From assembly GCA_963792415.1 (NCBI GenBank), contig CAWBVY010000006.1, forward strand, positions 320,001 to 384,000: a stretch of 64,000 nt of DNA, in the 5' to 3' direction. The notes under the pieces are model-generated. The model saw nothing but the letters and a program-made list of their open reading frames with translations, did not search any database and was not told the origin of the DNA. The translations under genes were made by a program, and so were the position numbers. This stretch comes from Candidatus Deferrimicrobiaceae bacterium (GTDB lineage: Bacteria > Desulfobacterota > Deferrimicrobia > Deferrimicrobiales > Deferrimicrobiaceae). This document shows, one piece after another, positions 45,759-55,431 of this stretch (the stretch's first letter is position 1; every line of letters starts with the position of its first letter).

Positions 45759-46652
45759 TTACCCGCGGGGGTGGTGCTTGCCGTGGATGTCCCGCAGCCG
45801 CTCCGGGGTGACGTGCGTGTAGATCTGGGTGGTGGCGATGTCGGCGTGACCGAGCATCGCCTGGACCGCGCGCAGGTCCGCGCCCCCGGCCAGCAGGTGG
45901 CTGGCGAACGAGTGGCGCAGCGTGTGCGGGGAGATCCGCTGCTCGATCCCCGCCGCCAGCGCCCAGCGCCGGATCCGGTTCCACAACGTCTGCCGGGTGA
46001 TCGCCTTTCCGCGCCGCGAGAGGAACAGGTCGCTCGAATACCGCTTCCCCAGGAACGACTGCCGCGCGGTGGCGGTGTACTCCCCGAGAGCGGTCAGGGC
46101 GACGTCCGCCACCGGCACCACCCGCTCCTTGCCGCCCTTTCCCAGAACGTACAGGAAACCGGCGTTCGCGTCGACGTTCTGGAGCCGGAGGGTCACCACC
46201 TCGGAGGCGCGCAGCCCCGAGGCGTACATGATCGTCAGCATCGCCCGGTCGCGGATCCCCTCCGGGGTGCTCCCGTCCGGCGCGGCCAGGAGCCGGTCCA
46301 CCTGCGTGAGGGTGAGGTATTTCGGCAGCGGCCGCCCGAGCCGGGGCGCCTTGACCCCGGTGATGGGGGACGCGTCGAGAACCCCCTCGCGCACGAGGAA
46401 CCGGAAGAAGGAGCGCAGCGTCGAGACGTGCCGGGCGGTGGAACGGGCCGAGAGGCCTCCGTCCCGGAGCGATGTGAGGTGGTCGAGGAGGTCGGGGCGG
46501 GCGAATTCTCTCGCATCGATCGCGCGTTCCGAGAGAAAGACGGAAAAGCGGTGCATGTCGGCGCCATACGCCGACAGCGTGTTTCCCGAGAGACGCCGCT
46601 CCGTCTTCAGGTGGAGGAGAAATGCGTCGAGGAGGGCGTCGTTGTCCATCAT
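45759..46652 (-). CDS. xerD: Tyrosine recombinase XerD
   Basis: LPKYLT, RDRAML, YASGLR.SE, GKGGKERVVP, SPHTLRHSFASHLL.GGADLR.VQ.MLGHADI.TTQIYTHV. Confidence 0.95.
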   Translation of the reverse strand: MMDNDALLDAFLLHLKTERRLSGNTLSAYGADMHRFSVFLSERAIDAREFARPDLLDHLTSLRDGGLSARSTARHVSTLRSFFRFLVREGVLDASPITGVKAPRLGRPLPKYLTLTQVDRLLAAPDGSTPEGIRDRAMLTIMYASGLRASEVVTLRLQNVDANAGFLYVLGKGGKERVVPVADVALTALGEYTATARQSFLGKRYSSDLFLSRRGKAITRQTLWNRIRRWALAAGIEQRISPHTLRHSFASHLLAGGADLRAVQAMLGHADIATTQIYTHVTPERLRDIHGKHHPRG

Positions 46653-47149
46653 CCGGCCTCCGGGAGGGGGATCTCCACGATCCGCGGCTCCATCGTGGAC
46701 AGGTCGACGATCGCGCACGTGTGCTTCCCCCGCATGAGACCGCACGACTCCCCCGGATTCAACACCACCGCCTTCCCCACCCGCATCGTGAGCGGCCGGT
46801 GCGTGTGGCCGAAGAGAACGAGGTCGAACCGCCCCCGCCCGGAGAGCTCCGCCTGCAGCTGGTCGTAGGAGTGCGCGAGCAGGATCGCCCGCCCGTCCAC
46901 CGTTTCGATGTGCGGCCCTTGCCGGAACGCCCCGCCGGTCGCCTCCTGCAGCCCGTCGCGGTCGGAGTCGTTGTTGCCGAAGACCCCGCGCAGCGGGACC
47001 GCCGGATCCGCGTACCCCGCGAGGACGGCCGGCGAGCAGACATCCCCGAGATGGAGCACCATCCCCACCCCCTCGGCGCGAAACAGCAGGAGCGCGCCTG
47101 CTGCGGCGCCCCGGTGGTCGTGGGAGTCGGAAAGGATCCCCACCTTCAC
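46649..47149 (-). CDS. YfcE/MJ0936-family metallophosphoesterase
   Basis: SDSH, HLGD, GNND, GHTH, NPGE motifs. Confidence 0.92.
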   Translation of the reverse strand: MKVGILSDSHDHRGAAAGALLLFRAEGVGMVLHLGDVCSPAVLAGYADPAVPLRGVFGNNDSDRDGLQEATGGAFRQGPHIETVDGRAILLAHSYDQLQAELSGRGRFDLVLFGHTHRPLTMRVGKAVVLNPGESCGLMRGKHTCAIVDLSTMEPRIVEIPLPEAG

Positions 47150-47160
47150 GGGCGCATGCC

Positions 47161-49836
47161 CTAGGCGCCGATCGACGCGAGGAGCACCTGACGGATCTCC
47201 TCCTGGCGGTCGGGGGCCGAGATCTTCCGCCCGTCCCGGTCCACGATGTAGAAGACGTCGGCCACCTGGTCCGCTTTCGTGGAGATCTTGGAGAGCGCGA
47301 TGTCGATCCCCAGCGCCGTCAGGGCGCTCGTGATGTCGTAGAGGAGCCCGATCCGGTCGTAGGTGAAGATGTCCACCACGGTGCAGCGCGAGGAGACCGA
47401 GTTGTCGAAGACGACGCGGGTGGGCCGGTACCGGGGGACGCGGTCCCGGACGTACTTCCCCGCCCGCGGCTCGGCCATGAGCGCCTCCACGGTGGTCTCC
47501 CCCCGGAGTACGCGCGAAAGGTCCGCGATGACGCGCTCCTTCTTCGGGTCCCCCTGCAGGGACATGCCGCGATAATTGGCGTAGAACGTGTCGAGCGCCA
47601 CGGCGTCCACGGTGGTGGCGATCGAGGCGTTGAGGATGTTCATGGAGTTGGCCGACAGCGCCCCCGCGATCTTCGCGAAGAGGCCGCGCTCGTCGGGGCA
47701 GACGACGAGGAACTCCGTGGTCCCCGATTCCGGCAGGTCGATCACCACGATGACGGGCGTCTTCCCGTCGAACGCCGCGAGGGTGCGGCAATGCTCGACG
47801 AACCGGCCGTCGGGCGTCGCCAGGAGATACCGGTCGTCCACGCGGGCGAGGAAAAGGTCCACCGTCGCCCGGGACTCGCCGGCGAGAAACTCGCGCACCT
47901 GCTCCCGCCGCAGGTGCCCCCGCTCCTCGAACGGGCGCTTGAGCGCCCCCTGGTCCAGAACGTTGCGTCCCTTCTCGTACAGTTCGGTCAGGAGCATCGC
48001 CTTCCACTGGGTCCAGACTTCCGGGGCCACCTCCTTCATGTCCGCGTAGGTGAGGAGGTAGAGCATGTCCAGCCGGGAGGCCGTTCCCACGGTGTCCGCG
48101 AAGGAAAGAATCAGCTCGATGTCGTGCAGGTCGCGCCGCTGCGATACGTTGGCCATCAGCAGGTGCTGCTCCACGAGGAAGACGAGGTCCGATACGTCCT
48201 GCTCCGGGAGCCCCCACCGGGCGCCGATGCGCGCCACGATCTCCGCGCCGATCCTGCTGTGGCCGTGCCCCTTCCCCTTCCCGATGTCGTGAAACAGGAT
48301 CGCGAGGTGGAACAGTCCGCGGTTCCGGACGGACGCGTGGATCCGGTGGAACGTGGCCTGCTCCTCCGTGCGGGAAGAGGAAGTCTCGATCTCCGCCAGT
48401 ACGCTCGCGCAGCGGATCGAATGGATGTCCACGGTGTAGACGTGATAGATGTCCCGCTGCACCTTGCAGTAGAGGGGGGCGAACTCCGGGATGTACCGTG
48501 CGAGGAAGCGGCTCTCGTTCATGGCGAGGAGTGTCTCCCTCAAGTGGACCGGGTCGGCGAGGATCTCGAGGAAGAGCACCGCGGCTTCCCGGTTCTCGCG
48601 GAACGCGGCCCCCACCGCGGGCAACGCCATCTGGATGTTGCGCCGGGCTTGCGGGGAGAGGTCCGATTTCGTCTTCTGCATCGACCGGAAGAATTCGAGG
48701 ATCCGGATCGGCTCCTTCTCGAAGGAGGCGCGGTCCTTGACCTGGAGCTTCCCCTTGTAGAGGATCCCCCCCTCGCCGACGAACTTCCGCTTCAGGAAGA
48801 AGAACGGCTTTCGTCCCTCCTCCTCCGGCAGGAACCGCCCCACCTCCTCGAGGAGTTCGTCGGAAAGCCGGGCCGCCGAGGCCGCGTGGAGGTAGTAGGC
48901 CCGCATGAACCGCTCGACGGCCTGGTTCGACCCGAGCTGCCGGTAGCGGAAACTCTCCGCCAATCGCTCCTGCGCTTCGAAGCCGAGGACGTCGGCTTTC
49001 TTCCCCTGCAGGTAGTGGAGCTCGTTCCGCACGCGGAGAAGGTAGTCGAGGACGTGCCGGATCGCCTCGACGGTCCGGGCCCCCACCACGCCCTTCTTCC
49101 GCAGTTCCTCCAGGTCGTCGCACTTGTACTTGATCCGCGCGCCCCAGACCGCCGTCTGCAGGTCGCGCAGCCCCCCGCGCCCCTCCTTGACGTTCGGCTC
49201 CAGCAGGTAGACCGTCGAACCTACCTTGGCGTGCCGGGAGCGCATCTCCCCGATCTTCTTCCCGATGAACTTGTCGCCACCCTGAAAGTAGAGGAACCGG
49301 TCCAGCTCTTGGGCCGAATCGCGGTACAGGGAGTCGTCCCCGGTGACGAGGCGGTGGTCGAGGAGCGACGTGCGGATCGAATCGTCCCCGCCGGCGAGCC
49401 GGATCGTCTCCTTGATGTTCCGGACGCTGTGCCCGACCTCGAGGCCGAGATCCCACAGCGGATAGAGCATCCACTCGGTCATCGCCTCGACGAACCGGTC
49501 GACCTTGTACGCGTGAAGGAAAAGAAGGTCCACGTCGGAGCGGGGGCACAGTTCGCGGCGCCCGTAGCCGCCAACCGCGACGACCGACATCCGGTACGAC
49601 TTGTCCAGCGCCGAGGAACTGAACCGCCCGCGGGCGCGGTCGTAAAGAGCCGACAGGACGGCGTCCATGGCGCCGGAGAGGATCCGGCACGCCTCGGATC
49701 CGTCGCAGAGGAATTGCCGTTGCTTCTCGCGCACCGCGACGTGGGTGCCGGCGAGGAACTCCCTCAACTGGTCGAGGAAGTCCCGATCGGGGAGGTCGGT
49801 CCGCAGGTGGTCTCGGGAAAGGGATGGGTGCGACAC
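47161..49836 (-). CDS. glnD: [Protein-PII] uridylyltransferase
   Basis: AVGGYGR.EL.P.SDVDL, EPNVKEG.GGLRD, YHVYTVD.H, FHDIGKG, two ACT domains. Confidence 0.96.
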   Translation of the reverse strand: MSHPSLSRDHLRTDLPDRDFLDQLREFLAGTHVAVREKQRQFLCDGSEACRILSGAMDAVLSALYDRARGRFSSSALDKSYRMSVVAVGGYGRRELCPRSDVDLLFLHAYKVDRFVEAMTEWMLYPLWDLGLEVGHSVRNIKETIRLAGGDDSIRTSLLDHRLVTGDDSLYRDSAQELDRFLYFQGGDKFIGKKIGEMRSRHAKVGSTVYLLEPNVKEGRGGLRDLQTAVWGARIKYKCDDLEELRKKGVVGARTVEAIRHVLDYLLRVRNELHYLQGKKADVLGFEAQERLAESFRYRQLGSNQAVERFMRAYYLHAASAARLSDELLEEVGRFLPEEEGRKPFFFLKRKFVGEGGILYKGKLQVKDRASFEKEPIRILEFFRSMQKTKSDLSPQARRNIQMALPAVGAAFRENREAAVLFLEILADPVHLRETLLAMNESRFLARYIPEFAPLYCKVQRDIYHVYTVDIHSIRCASVLAEIETSSSRTEEQATFHRIHASVRNRGLFHLAILFHDIGKGKGHGHSRIGAEIVARIGARWGLPEQDVSDLVFLVEQHLLMANVSQRRDLHDIELILSFADTVGTASRLDMLYLLTYADMKEVAPEVWTQWKAMLLTELYEKGRNVLDQGALKRPFEERGHLRREQVREFLAGESRATVDLFLARVDDRYLLATPDGRFVEHCRTLAAFDGKTPVIVVIDLPESGTTEFLVVCPDERGLFAKIAGALSANSMNILNASIATTVDAVALDTFYANYRGMSLQGDPKKERVIADLSRVLRGETTVEALMAEPRAGKYVRDRVPRYRPTRVVFDNSVSSRCTVVDIFTYDRIGLLYDITSALTALGIDIALSKISTKADQVADVFYIVDRDGRKISAPDRQEEIRQVLLASIGA

Positions 49837-51094
49837 TCAGTAGTCCGAGTGGGCGAGGATCCCGTTCTGCCCGTAGTAGCGCACCGCCTCCACCACGCCG
49901 TCGGCGATCCCGTCGCGGTACGAGGGTTCCCGCAGGCGAGCCTCTTCGCGGGCGTTGCTGATGAAGGAGGCCTCGACCAGGACGGCCGTCATCCTGGCGC
50001 CCACGAGGACGTAGAACGGGGCCTGCTTCAGCCCGATGCTCTGCGCCCCCGGATAGCGGGTGGAGACGTTGCGGACGACGGCGTCGTTCACCGTCTTTCC
50101 CAGGCGCAACGACTCGTTCTTGCGGGCCCCGGTGAACATGTCATCGACGATGAACTTGACCCCCTGGAGTTTGGCGATCGGCACACCGTTCTCGCGGGCG
50201 GCCAGTTCGAGGTCCTCGCGGTTCGACGCGCCGCGGGAAAGAACGTAGGTGGAGAACCCCTCCGCCTTCCGGTTCCGGCTGGCGTTGATGTGGATGGAGA
50301 CGAAGATGTCGGCGCCCCCCTTGTTCGCCATCGCCGTGCGCTCCTCCAGCGGGATGAAGACGTCCTCGTCCCGGGTCAACCGCACGTCGAACTCCCCGGA
50401 GCGCGACAGCTTATCGCGGATCCTCCGGCCGATATCCAGTACAACGTCCTTCTCTTTCAACCCGCTGCGTCCGATCGCCCCCGGATCCTTCCCGCCGTGG
50501 CCCGGGTCGATCATCACCCGGACGCGGGGCTTTCGGGCGGCGGGGGGGGGGGGTAGAAGCGGAGACGCGCGGCGATTCCACCGACGGCGGGGTCGCCGGA
50601 GATGCGGAAGGAGCCGCGGCGACAGGAACGGGGGAATTCGGGAGAGGGGGGACCTCTCCCTCCCCGTCGATGTCCACGATGACCCTGAACGGCCCCGGGA
50701 GCGCGAAGACGCGGTAGGTGCTCTCCCGCTCGAGGTCGATGACCACGCGCACCGTGTCGCGGTCGAAGCGACCCGCCCGGACCTGCCGAAGCAGTCCGTT
50801 GCGGACCTCGACCGGTTTGTGGAGAAATTCGTCCCGGATGCCGGCGCCGCGGATGTCGATGAAGATCCGGGGAGGAAGGCTGCGCTGCGGGTCGGCGGGA
50901 AGGGTGTTCGCCTGCCACGAGACCTCGTCGCCCGTGTAGATCGCAACGCGGGTGTAGATCTCGTTCGTCCAGGCCTGTATGTCGGAGACGCGGGAGACGG
51001 CGGGAGCGGCGGCAACCGGCGGGGGGGCAACCAGGGAACACGCCGCGCATAAGAGCAGGAGGAACGCGCCGAGGTGTCGCCGCAGTAGTGTCAA
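49837..51094 (-). CDS. amiC: N-acetylmuramoyl-L-alanine amidase (AMIN + Amidase_3), frameshifted at a C12 tract
   Basis: Signal peptide and AMIN domain in one frame; IDPGHGGKDPGA...EK...SIH.NA...QAPFYVL in another. The frames switch at G12 (50542-50553). Confidence 0.88.
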
Positions 51095-53679
51095 TTCGCC
51101 CCTTTCCCGAGCCTTCCCTTCCATTCCGCGAGCCGCATCAACGCGTCCATCGGGGAGAGCCGCTCCGGTTCGCACCGGCGGATCTGGTCCAGGACCGCGC
51201 CCTCGTCCCCGCGGGCGCGGCGGGAGAACAGCTCCATCTGGGCGTTGGCGGATTCGGTCGCGGCCCGCGGTCCCGCCAGCGTCGGAAGCCCGTACTCATT
51301 ATACTCGGCGGATTCGAGGTTTTTCAAAATATCCCGGGCCCGATCGATCAGGGAGGCCGGCAGGCCGGCGAGCCGCGCCACCTGGATCCCGTACGACTTG
51401 CTCGCGCTCCCGTCGTCGATCCGCCGAAGGAAGATGATCTCCCCCTGCCACTCGCGCACCGCCACGTGGAAGTTGCGAGCGTTCGCGCACGTCGACACGA
51501 TGTCGGTCAGCTCGTGGAAGTGGGTCGCGAAGAGGACCTTCGGCCGGGACGGGGAATCGTGAAGGTGTTCCGCCACCGCCCAGGCGATGCTCAGCCCGTC
51601 GTAGGTGCTGGTCCCGCGCCCCACCTCGTCCAGAACCACGAGCGTCCGGTCGGTGACGCCGTCCAGGATCCGCGCCGTCTCGCGCATCTCCACCATGAAG
51701 GTGCTCTCCCCCCGGGAAAGGTCGTCGGAGGCGCCGATGCGCGTGAAGATCCGGTCCACGAGGCCGATCTCCGCGCGGTCCGCGGGGACGAAGGAGCCCG
51801 CGTGCGCCAGCAGGACGATGAGGGCCGCCTGGCGGATGTACGTGGATTTCCCCGCCATGTTCGGGCCGGTGAGAATGGCGAGGCGCGTCCCGTCGGGCGA
51901 GAGGAGGCAGTCGTTCGGGACGAAGGCGTGCCGCCCGAGGATCTTCTCCACGACCGGGTGGCGCCCGTTCTCGATCAGGATCTCCTTCCCGCCGTTCACC
52001 TGCGGCCGCCCGTAACCGTTCTCCGCCGCGAGTTCCGCGAACGAGAGGAGGACGTCGAGCTCGGCCACCCCTTCCGCCGCCGTATAAACCGCCGGGAGGG
52101 TTTCCTTCAGTGCATCCCGCAGGGCGAGGAAGAGTTCCTCCTCCCGGGCGGCCCGCCCCTCCTGCGCGCGCAGCACCCGCCCCTCGAACTCCTTGAGCTC
52201 CGGCGTGATGTAGCGCTCCGCGTTGGCCAGGGTCTGCTTGCGGATGTAGTCGGGGGGGACCTTGTCGAGGTGGGTCCGGGTCACCTCGATGTAGTAGCCG
52301 AAGACGCGGTTGTAGCCGACCTTGAGGCCCCCGATCCCCGTGCGCTGCCGCTCCCGCGTCTCCATCTCCGCCAGCATCCCCTTGCCGTGGGTCAGGAGAT
52401 GGGTCAGCTCGTCGACCTGCGGGTCGTACCCCGGACGGAAGACGCCCCCGTCCTTGTACCCGGGAGGGGGCGGATCGGCCAGCGCCGCGGAGATCCTGGC
52501 GACCACCGCGGCGTGGTCCCCGAGGAGTTCCCTTACCGACCGAAGGCGCTTCGCGCGCGGCTCCCCGAGGGCGGCCCGGATCGCGGGAATCGCCGCCAGG
52601 TTGTCCCGCAGCGCCGCCACGTCGCGCGGGCCGGAACGGTCCTGCGCCAGGCGGGAGGCGAGCCGGGAGAGATCCCCCATCGCGTCGAACGGAGGGGAAA
52701 GGGACTTGCGGACCGCGTGCGCCTCGAGAAGCTCCCCCACCGCGTCGTGCCGCTCCCCGATCCGCTCGACGTCGAGAAGCGGCGCGGCGAGCCACGCGCG
52801 CAGCATGCGTGCCCCCATCGGGGTCCGCGTGCGGTCGACCGCCCAGAGAAGACTTCCCTTCCGCTCCCCCGACATGGTGGAGAAGATCTCCAGCGTCCGG
52901 ACGGCGGTCTCGTCCAACGCCAGGTAGCGCCGTCCTTCGCGCTCCGTCACCCGTCCGATCTCCGAGAGGGCCGCCGGCTGGTGCAGGAACAGGTAGTAGA
53001 GGGCCGCCCGGACGACGCCCCCCGACGGGTGGTCCGCGGGGGGGATCCCCCCGATCCCCGGCGGAGGCGGGAACGCCGCGACGGCCGTCGGGGAGAGAAG
53101 CGTGAGCAGCTTCCCTTCCAGGATCCGCTTCCCGCGGGAGGTGGTCGGGTTCCCCTCCCCCTCGAGTGCGACGAACTCCGCGGGCGCGATCCGGAACAGG
53201 GCGTCCGCGAGCGCCTCCTCCGTGTCGCACGCCTCGTGGAAAAACTCGCCGGTGGTGGCATCGAGCGCGGCGCAGGCGAACGGGGCGACGAACCGGACGG
53301 CGGCCAGGAAGTTGTTTCCCCGGGAATCGAGGCACTCCTCGCTGAAAACCAGTCCCGGGGTGACCACCTCGGTCACCTCCCGGCGGAAGATCCCCTTCTG
53401 GCCCGGCTCCTCGATCTGCTCGCAGATGGCCACCTTGCATCCCTGGCGGATCAGCTTCGACAGGTAGGCGTTCCGCGCGTGGTGGGGAACGCCGCACATC
53501 GGGATGTTCGACTCCTTGTCGCGCGAGGTCAGGGCGATGTCGAGAAGACGGGAGGCGCGCAGCGCGTCCTCGAAGAACATCTCGTAGAAATCTCCCATGC
53601 GGAAGAAGAGGATGCAGTCCCGGTAGCGGGACTTGATCTCCACGTACTGCCGCATCGCGGGGGTCAGCGGAAGGGTCAT
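51091..53679 (-). CDS. mutS: DNA mismatch repair protein MutS
   Basis: TPAMRQY, GDFYEMF, TGPNMAGKSTY, STFMVEM, DEVGRGTST, ATHFHEL. Confidence 0.98.
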   Translation of the reverse strand: MTLPLTPAMRQYVEIKSRYRDCILFFRMGDFYEMFFEDALRASRLLDIALTSRDKESNIPMCGVPHHARNAYLSKLIRQGCKVAICEQIEEPGQKGIFRREVTEVVTPGLVFSEECLDSRGNNFLAAVRFVAPFACAALDATTGEFFHEACDTEEALADALFRIAPAEFVALEGEGNPTTSRGKRILEGKLLTLLSPTAVAAFPPPPGIGGIPPADHPSGGVVRAALYYLFLHQPAALSEIGRVTEREGRRYLALDETAVRTLEIFSTMSGERKGSLLWAVDRTRTPMGARMLRAWLAAPLLDVERIGERHDAVGELLEAHAVRKSLSPPFDAMGDLSRLASRLAQDRSGPRDVAALRDNLAAIPAIRAALGEPRAKRLRSVRELLGDHAAVVARISAALADPPPPGYKDGGVFRPGYDPQVDELTHLLTHGKGMLAEMETRERQRTGIGGLKVGYNRVFGYYIEVTRTHLDKVPPDYIRKQTLANAERYITPELKEFEGRVLRAQEGRAAREEELFLALRDALKETLPAVYTAAEGVAELDVLLSFAELAAENGYGRPQVNGGKEILIENGRHPVVEKILGRHAFVPNDCLLSPDGTRLAILTGPNMAGKSTYIRQAALIVLLAHAGSFVPADRAEIGLVDRIFTRIGASDDLSRGESTFMVEMRETARILDGVTDRTLVVLDEVGRGTSTYDGLSIAWAVAEHLHDSPSRPKVLFATHFHELTDIVSTCANARNFHVAVREWQGEIIFLRRIDDGSASKSYGIQVARLAGLPASLIDRARDILKNLESAEYNEYGLPTLAGPRAATESANAQMELFSRRARGDEGAVLDQIRRCEPERLSPMDALMRLAEWKGRLGKGAN

Positions 53680-53713
53680 ATCGGAGCGGGAACGGGGAAG
53701 GCCCGGGGCCCTG

Positions 53714-54214
53714 CTAGGGGATCAGGGGGCCGAAGACCGCCGACAGGCGGCGGCGGGATTCGAGGAGCGACTCGGGAAGTACGCGGGTTTCCTGGACCGG
53801 GGTCATGAAATTCGTGTCGCCCGCCCAGCGGGGAACGAGGTGGACGTGGAGGTGGTCTGCGATCCCTGCGCCGGCGGCCTTTCCCAGGTTCATCCCGACA
53901 TTCATCCCTTCGGTTCGATATTCCATCGCAAGTGCCCGTGAACCGATGGAAACAAGGGAGAAAAGTTCGCGCAACTCCTCGCTCGAGAGGTCCCACAGGT
54001 TCGCCACGTGTCGACGGGGAGCGACCAGCACATGCCCGTTGTTGTAGGGGTATCGGTTCAGGATCGCCACGGTGCCGGGATAGAGTCCGACAAGGAGCCG
54101 CTCCGGGTCTTCGAGGTCGGCATCGAGGACACAGAAAACGCACGCCGCCTTCCCCCCGCCCCCGCCCGCCTGGCGGATATATTCCATCCGCCACGGAGAG
54201 AAGATCCGGTCCAC
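53714..54214 (-). CDS. HIT-family hydrolase
   Basis: PWRMEYI, CVFC, NRYPYNNGH, AAGAGI.DHLHVHLVPRW.GDTNF. Confidence 0.93.
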   Translation of the reverse strand: MDRIFSPWRMEYIRQAGGGGGKAACVFCVLDADLEDPERLLVGLYPGTVAILNRYPYNNGHVLVAPRRHVANLWDLSSEELRELFSLVSIGSRALAMEYRTEGMNVGMNLGKAAGAGIADHLHVHLVPRWAGDTNFMTPVQETRVLPESLLESRRRLSAVFGPLIP

Positions 54215-54225
54215 CGTGGAGGATC

Positions 54226-54504
54226 TCAGCCGTTGACCATTTCCCGCAGTTCCTTGCCGACCTTGAAGAAGGGGATCCGCTTCTCGGGAATGGCGACCTT
54301 CTCGCCCGTCTTCGGGTTGCGTCCCTCCTTCGCCCGACGGGTCCGCACGGTGAAGCTCCCGAACCCGCGGATCTCGATCTTCTCGCCGCGATGCAGGGCG
54401 TCCTTCATGTTGAGGAAGACCGTGTCGACGATGACCTCGCACTCCTTCTTCGTCAGGCTCGTAAGTGACTCGGACAGCTTCTCCACCAGGTCGCTCTTCG
54501 TCAT
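54226..54504 (-). CDS. ihfB: Integration host factor subunit beta
   Basis: MTKSDL, IEIRGFGSF, GRNPKTGE, PFFKVGKELRE; downstream of rpsA. Confidence 0.92.
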   Translation of the reverse strand: MTKSDLVEKLSESLTSLTKKECEVIVDTVFLNMKDALHRGEKIEIRGFGSFTVRTRRAKEGRNPKTGEKVAIPEKRIPFFKVGKELREMVNG

Positions 54505-54525
54505 TCCAGGGTCCCTCCGAAAGAT

Positions 54526-55425
54526 TTATTGGGTGAGTAGATCCACCCGCAGATGGTTTCCGGATATCTTCTCGTCGATCAGGCTGCGCGTCTCCTCCCG
54601 GAGCAGCTCGAGCAGGGAGATCTTCTTCTTCGGGGAGGTCACGACCTTCGGCTCCCCGGAGATCTTCCCGAGCTTCGCCGCGTCGGAGATCGCGTCTTCG
54701 AGGTTCCCGAGGACGTCGACCAGCCCCAGCTCCTTGGCCTGCTCCCCGGTGAAAATCCGTCCGTCCGCGATCCGTGCGACATCTTCCCGGTTCAGATTCC
54801 GGCCGTCCGCAACGGCGTTGACGAACTGGCGGTGGACGTTGTCGACCACCCCCTGGAGAAGCTCCCGCTCCTGCGGCGTCATGTCGCGCATCGGGGATCC
54901 CAGGTCCTTGAAGACGCCGCTTTTCACCGTCATCCCCTTGACGCCGATCTTCTCCACCAGGTCCTTCACGTTCATGAACGGCATGATGACGCCGATGGAG
55001 CCGGTGATCGTCCCGGGATTCGCGTACACCCGCTGCGTCGCGCAGGCGATGTAATAGCCGCCGGACGCCGCCAGCGCGCCCATGCTGGCGATGACCGGTT
55101 TTTTCGCCCGCGCCTTTTTCACTTCCTCGTAGATCTCCTGCGACGGGGCCACCCCGCCTCCCGGGGAGTTGATCCGAAGGACGATCGCCTTGACCGAGTC
55201 GTCCTTGACGAACTTCTTCAACTGCTCGTTCGTCGACTCGGAGTCGGAGATCAGGCCGGAGACCGAAATGACCGCAACCTTTTCCCCCCGTGCGAAGGGG
55301 AGATCGTCCATGCGCGAGACGATCAGCAGGAGAGCGAAGAATCCCCCGAGGACCAGCAGCACGGTGAGACACCCGCGCAGGAACGGTTTCCGGCGCACAG
55401 GCGCGGAGAGGTAGGTTTCAGCCAT
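54526..55425 (-). CDS. sppA: Signal peptide peptidase SppA (short form)
   Basis: LRINSPGG, AASGGYY, TGSIGV, ADGRIFTG.QA..LGLVD. Confidence 0.95.
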   Translation of the reverse strand: MAETYLSAPVRRKPFLRGCLTVLLVLGGFFALLLIVSRMDDLPFARGEKVAVISVSGLISDSESTNEQLKKFVKDDSVKAIVLRINSPGGGVAPSQEIYEEVKKARAKKPVIASMGALAASGGYYIACATQRVYANPGTITGSIGVIMPFMNVKDLVEKIGVKGMTVKSGVFKDLGSPMRDMTPQERELLQGVVDNVHRQFVNAVADGRNLNREDVARIADGRIFTGEQAKELGLVDVLGNLEDAISDAAKLGKISGEPKVVTSPKKKISLLELLREETRSLIDEKISGNHLRVDLLTQ

Positions 55426-55431
55426 TGGGGA

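Noticed and set aside
45759-46652. Tyrosine recombinase as a mobile-element integrase
   Set aside because: It has XerD signatures and is embedded in the housekeeping operon.
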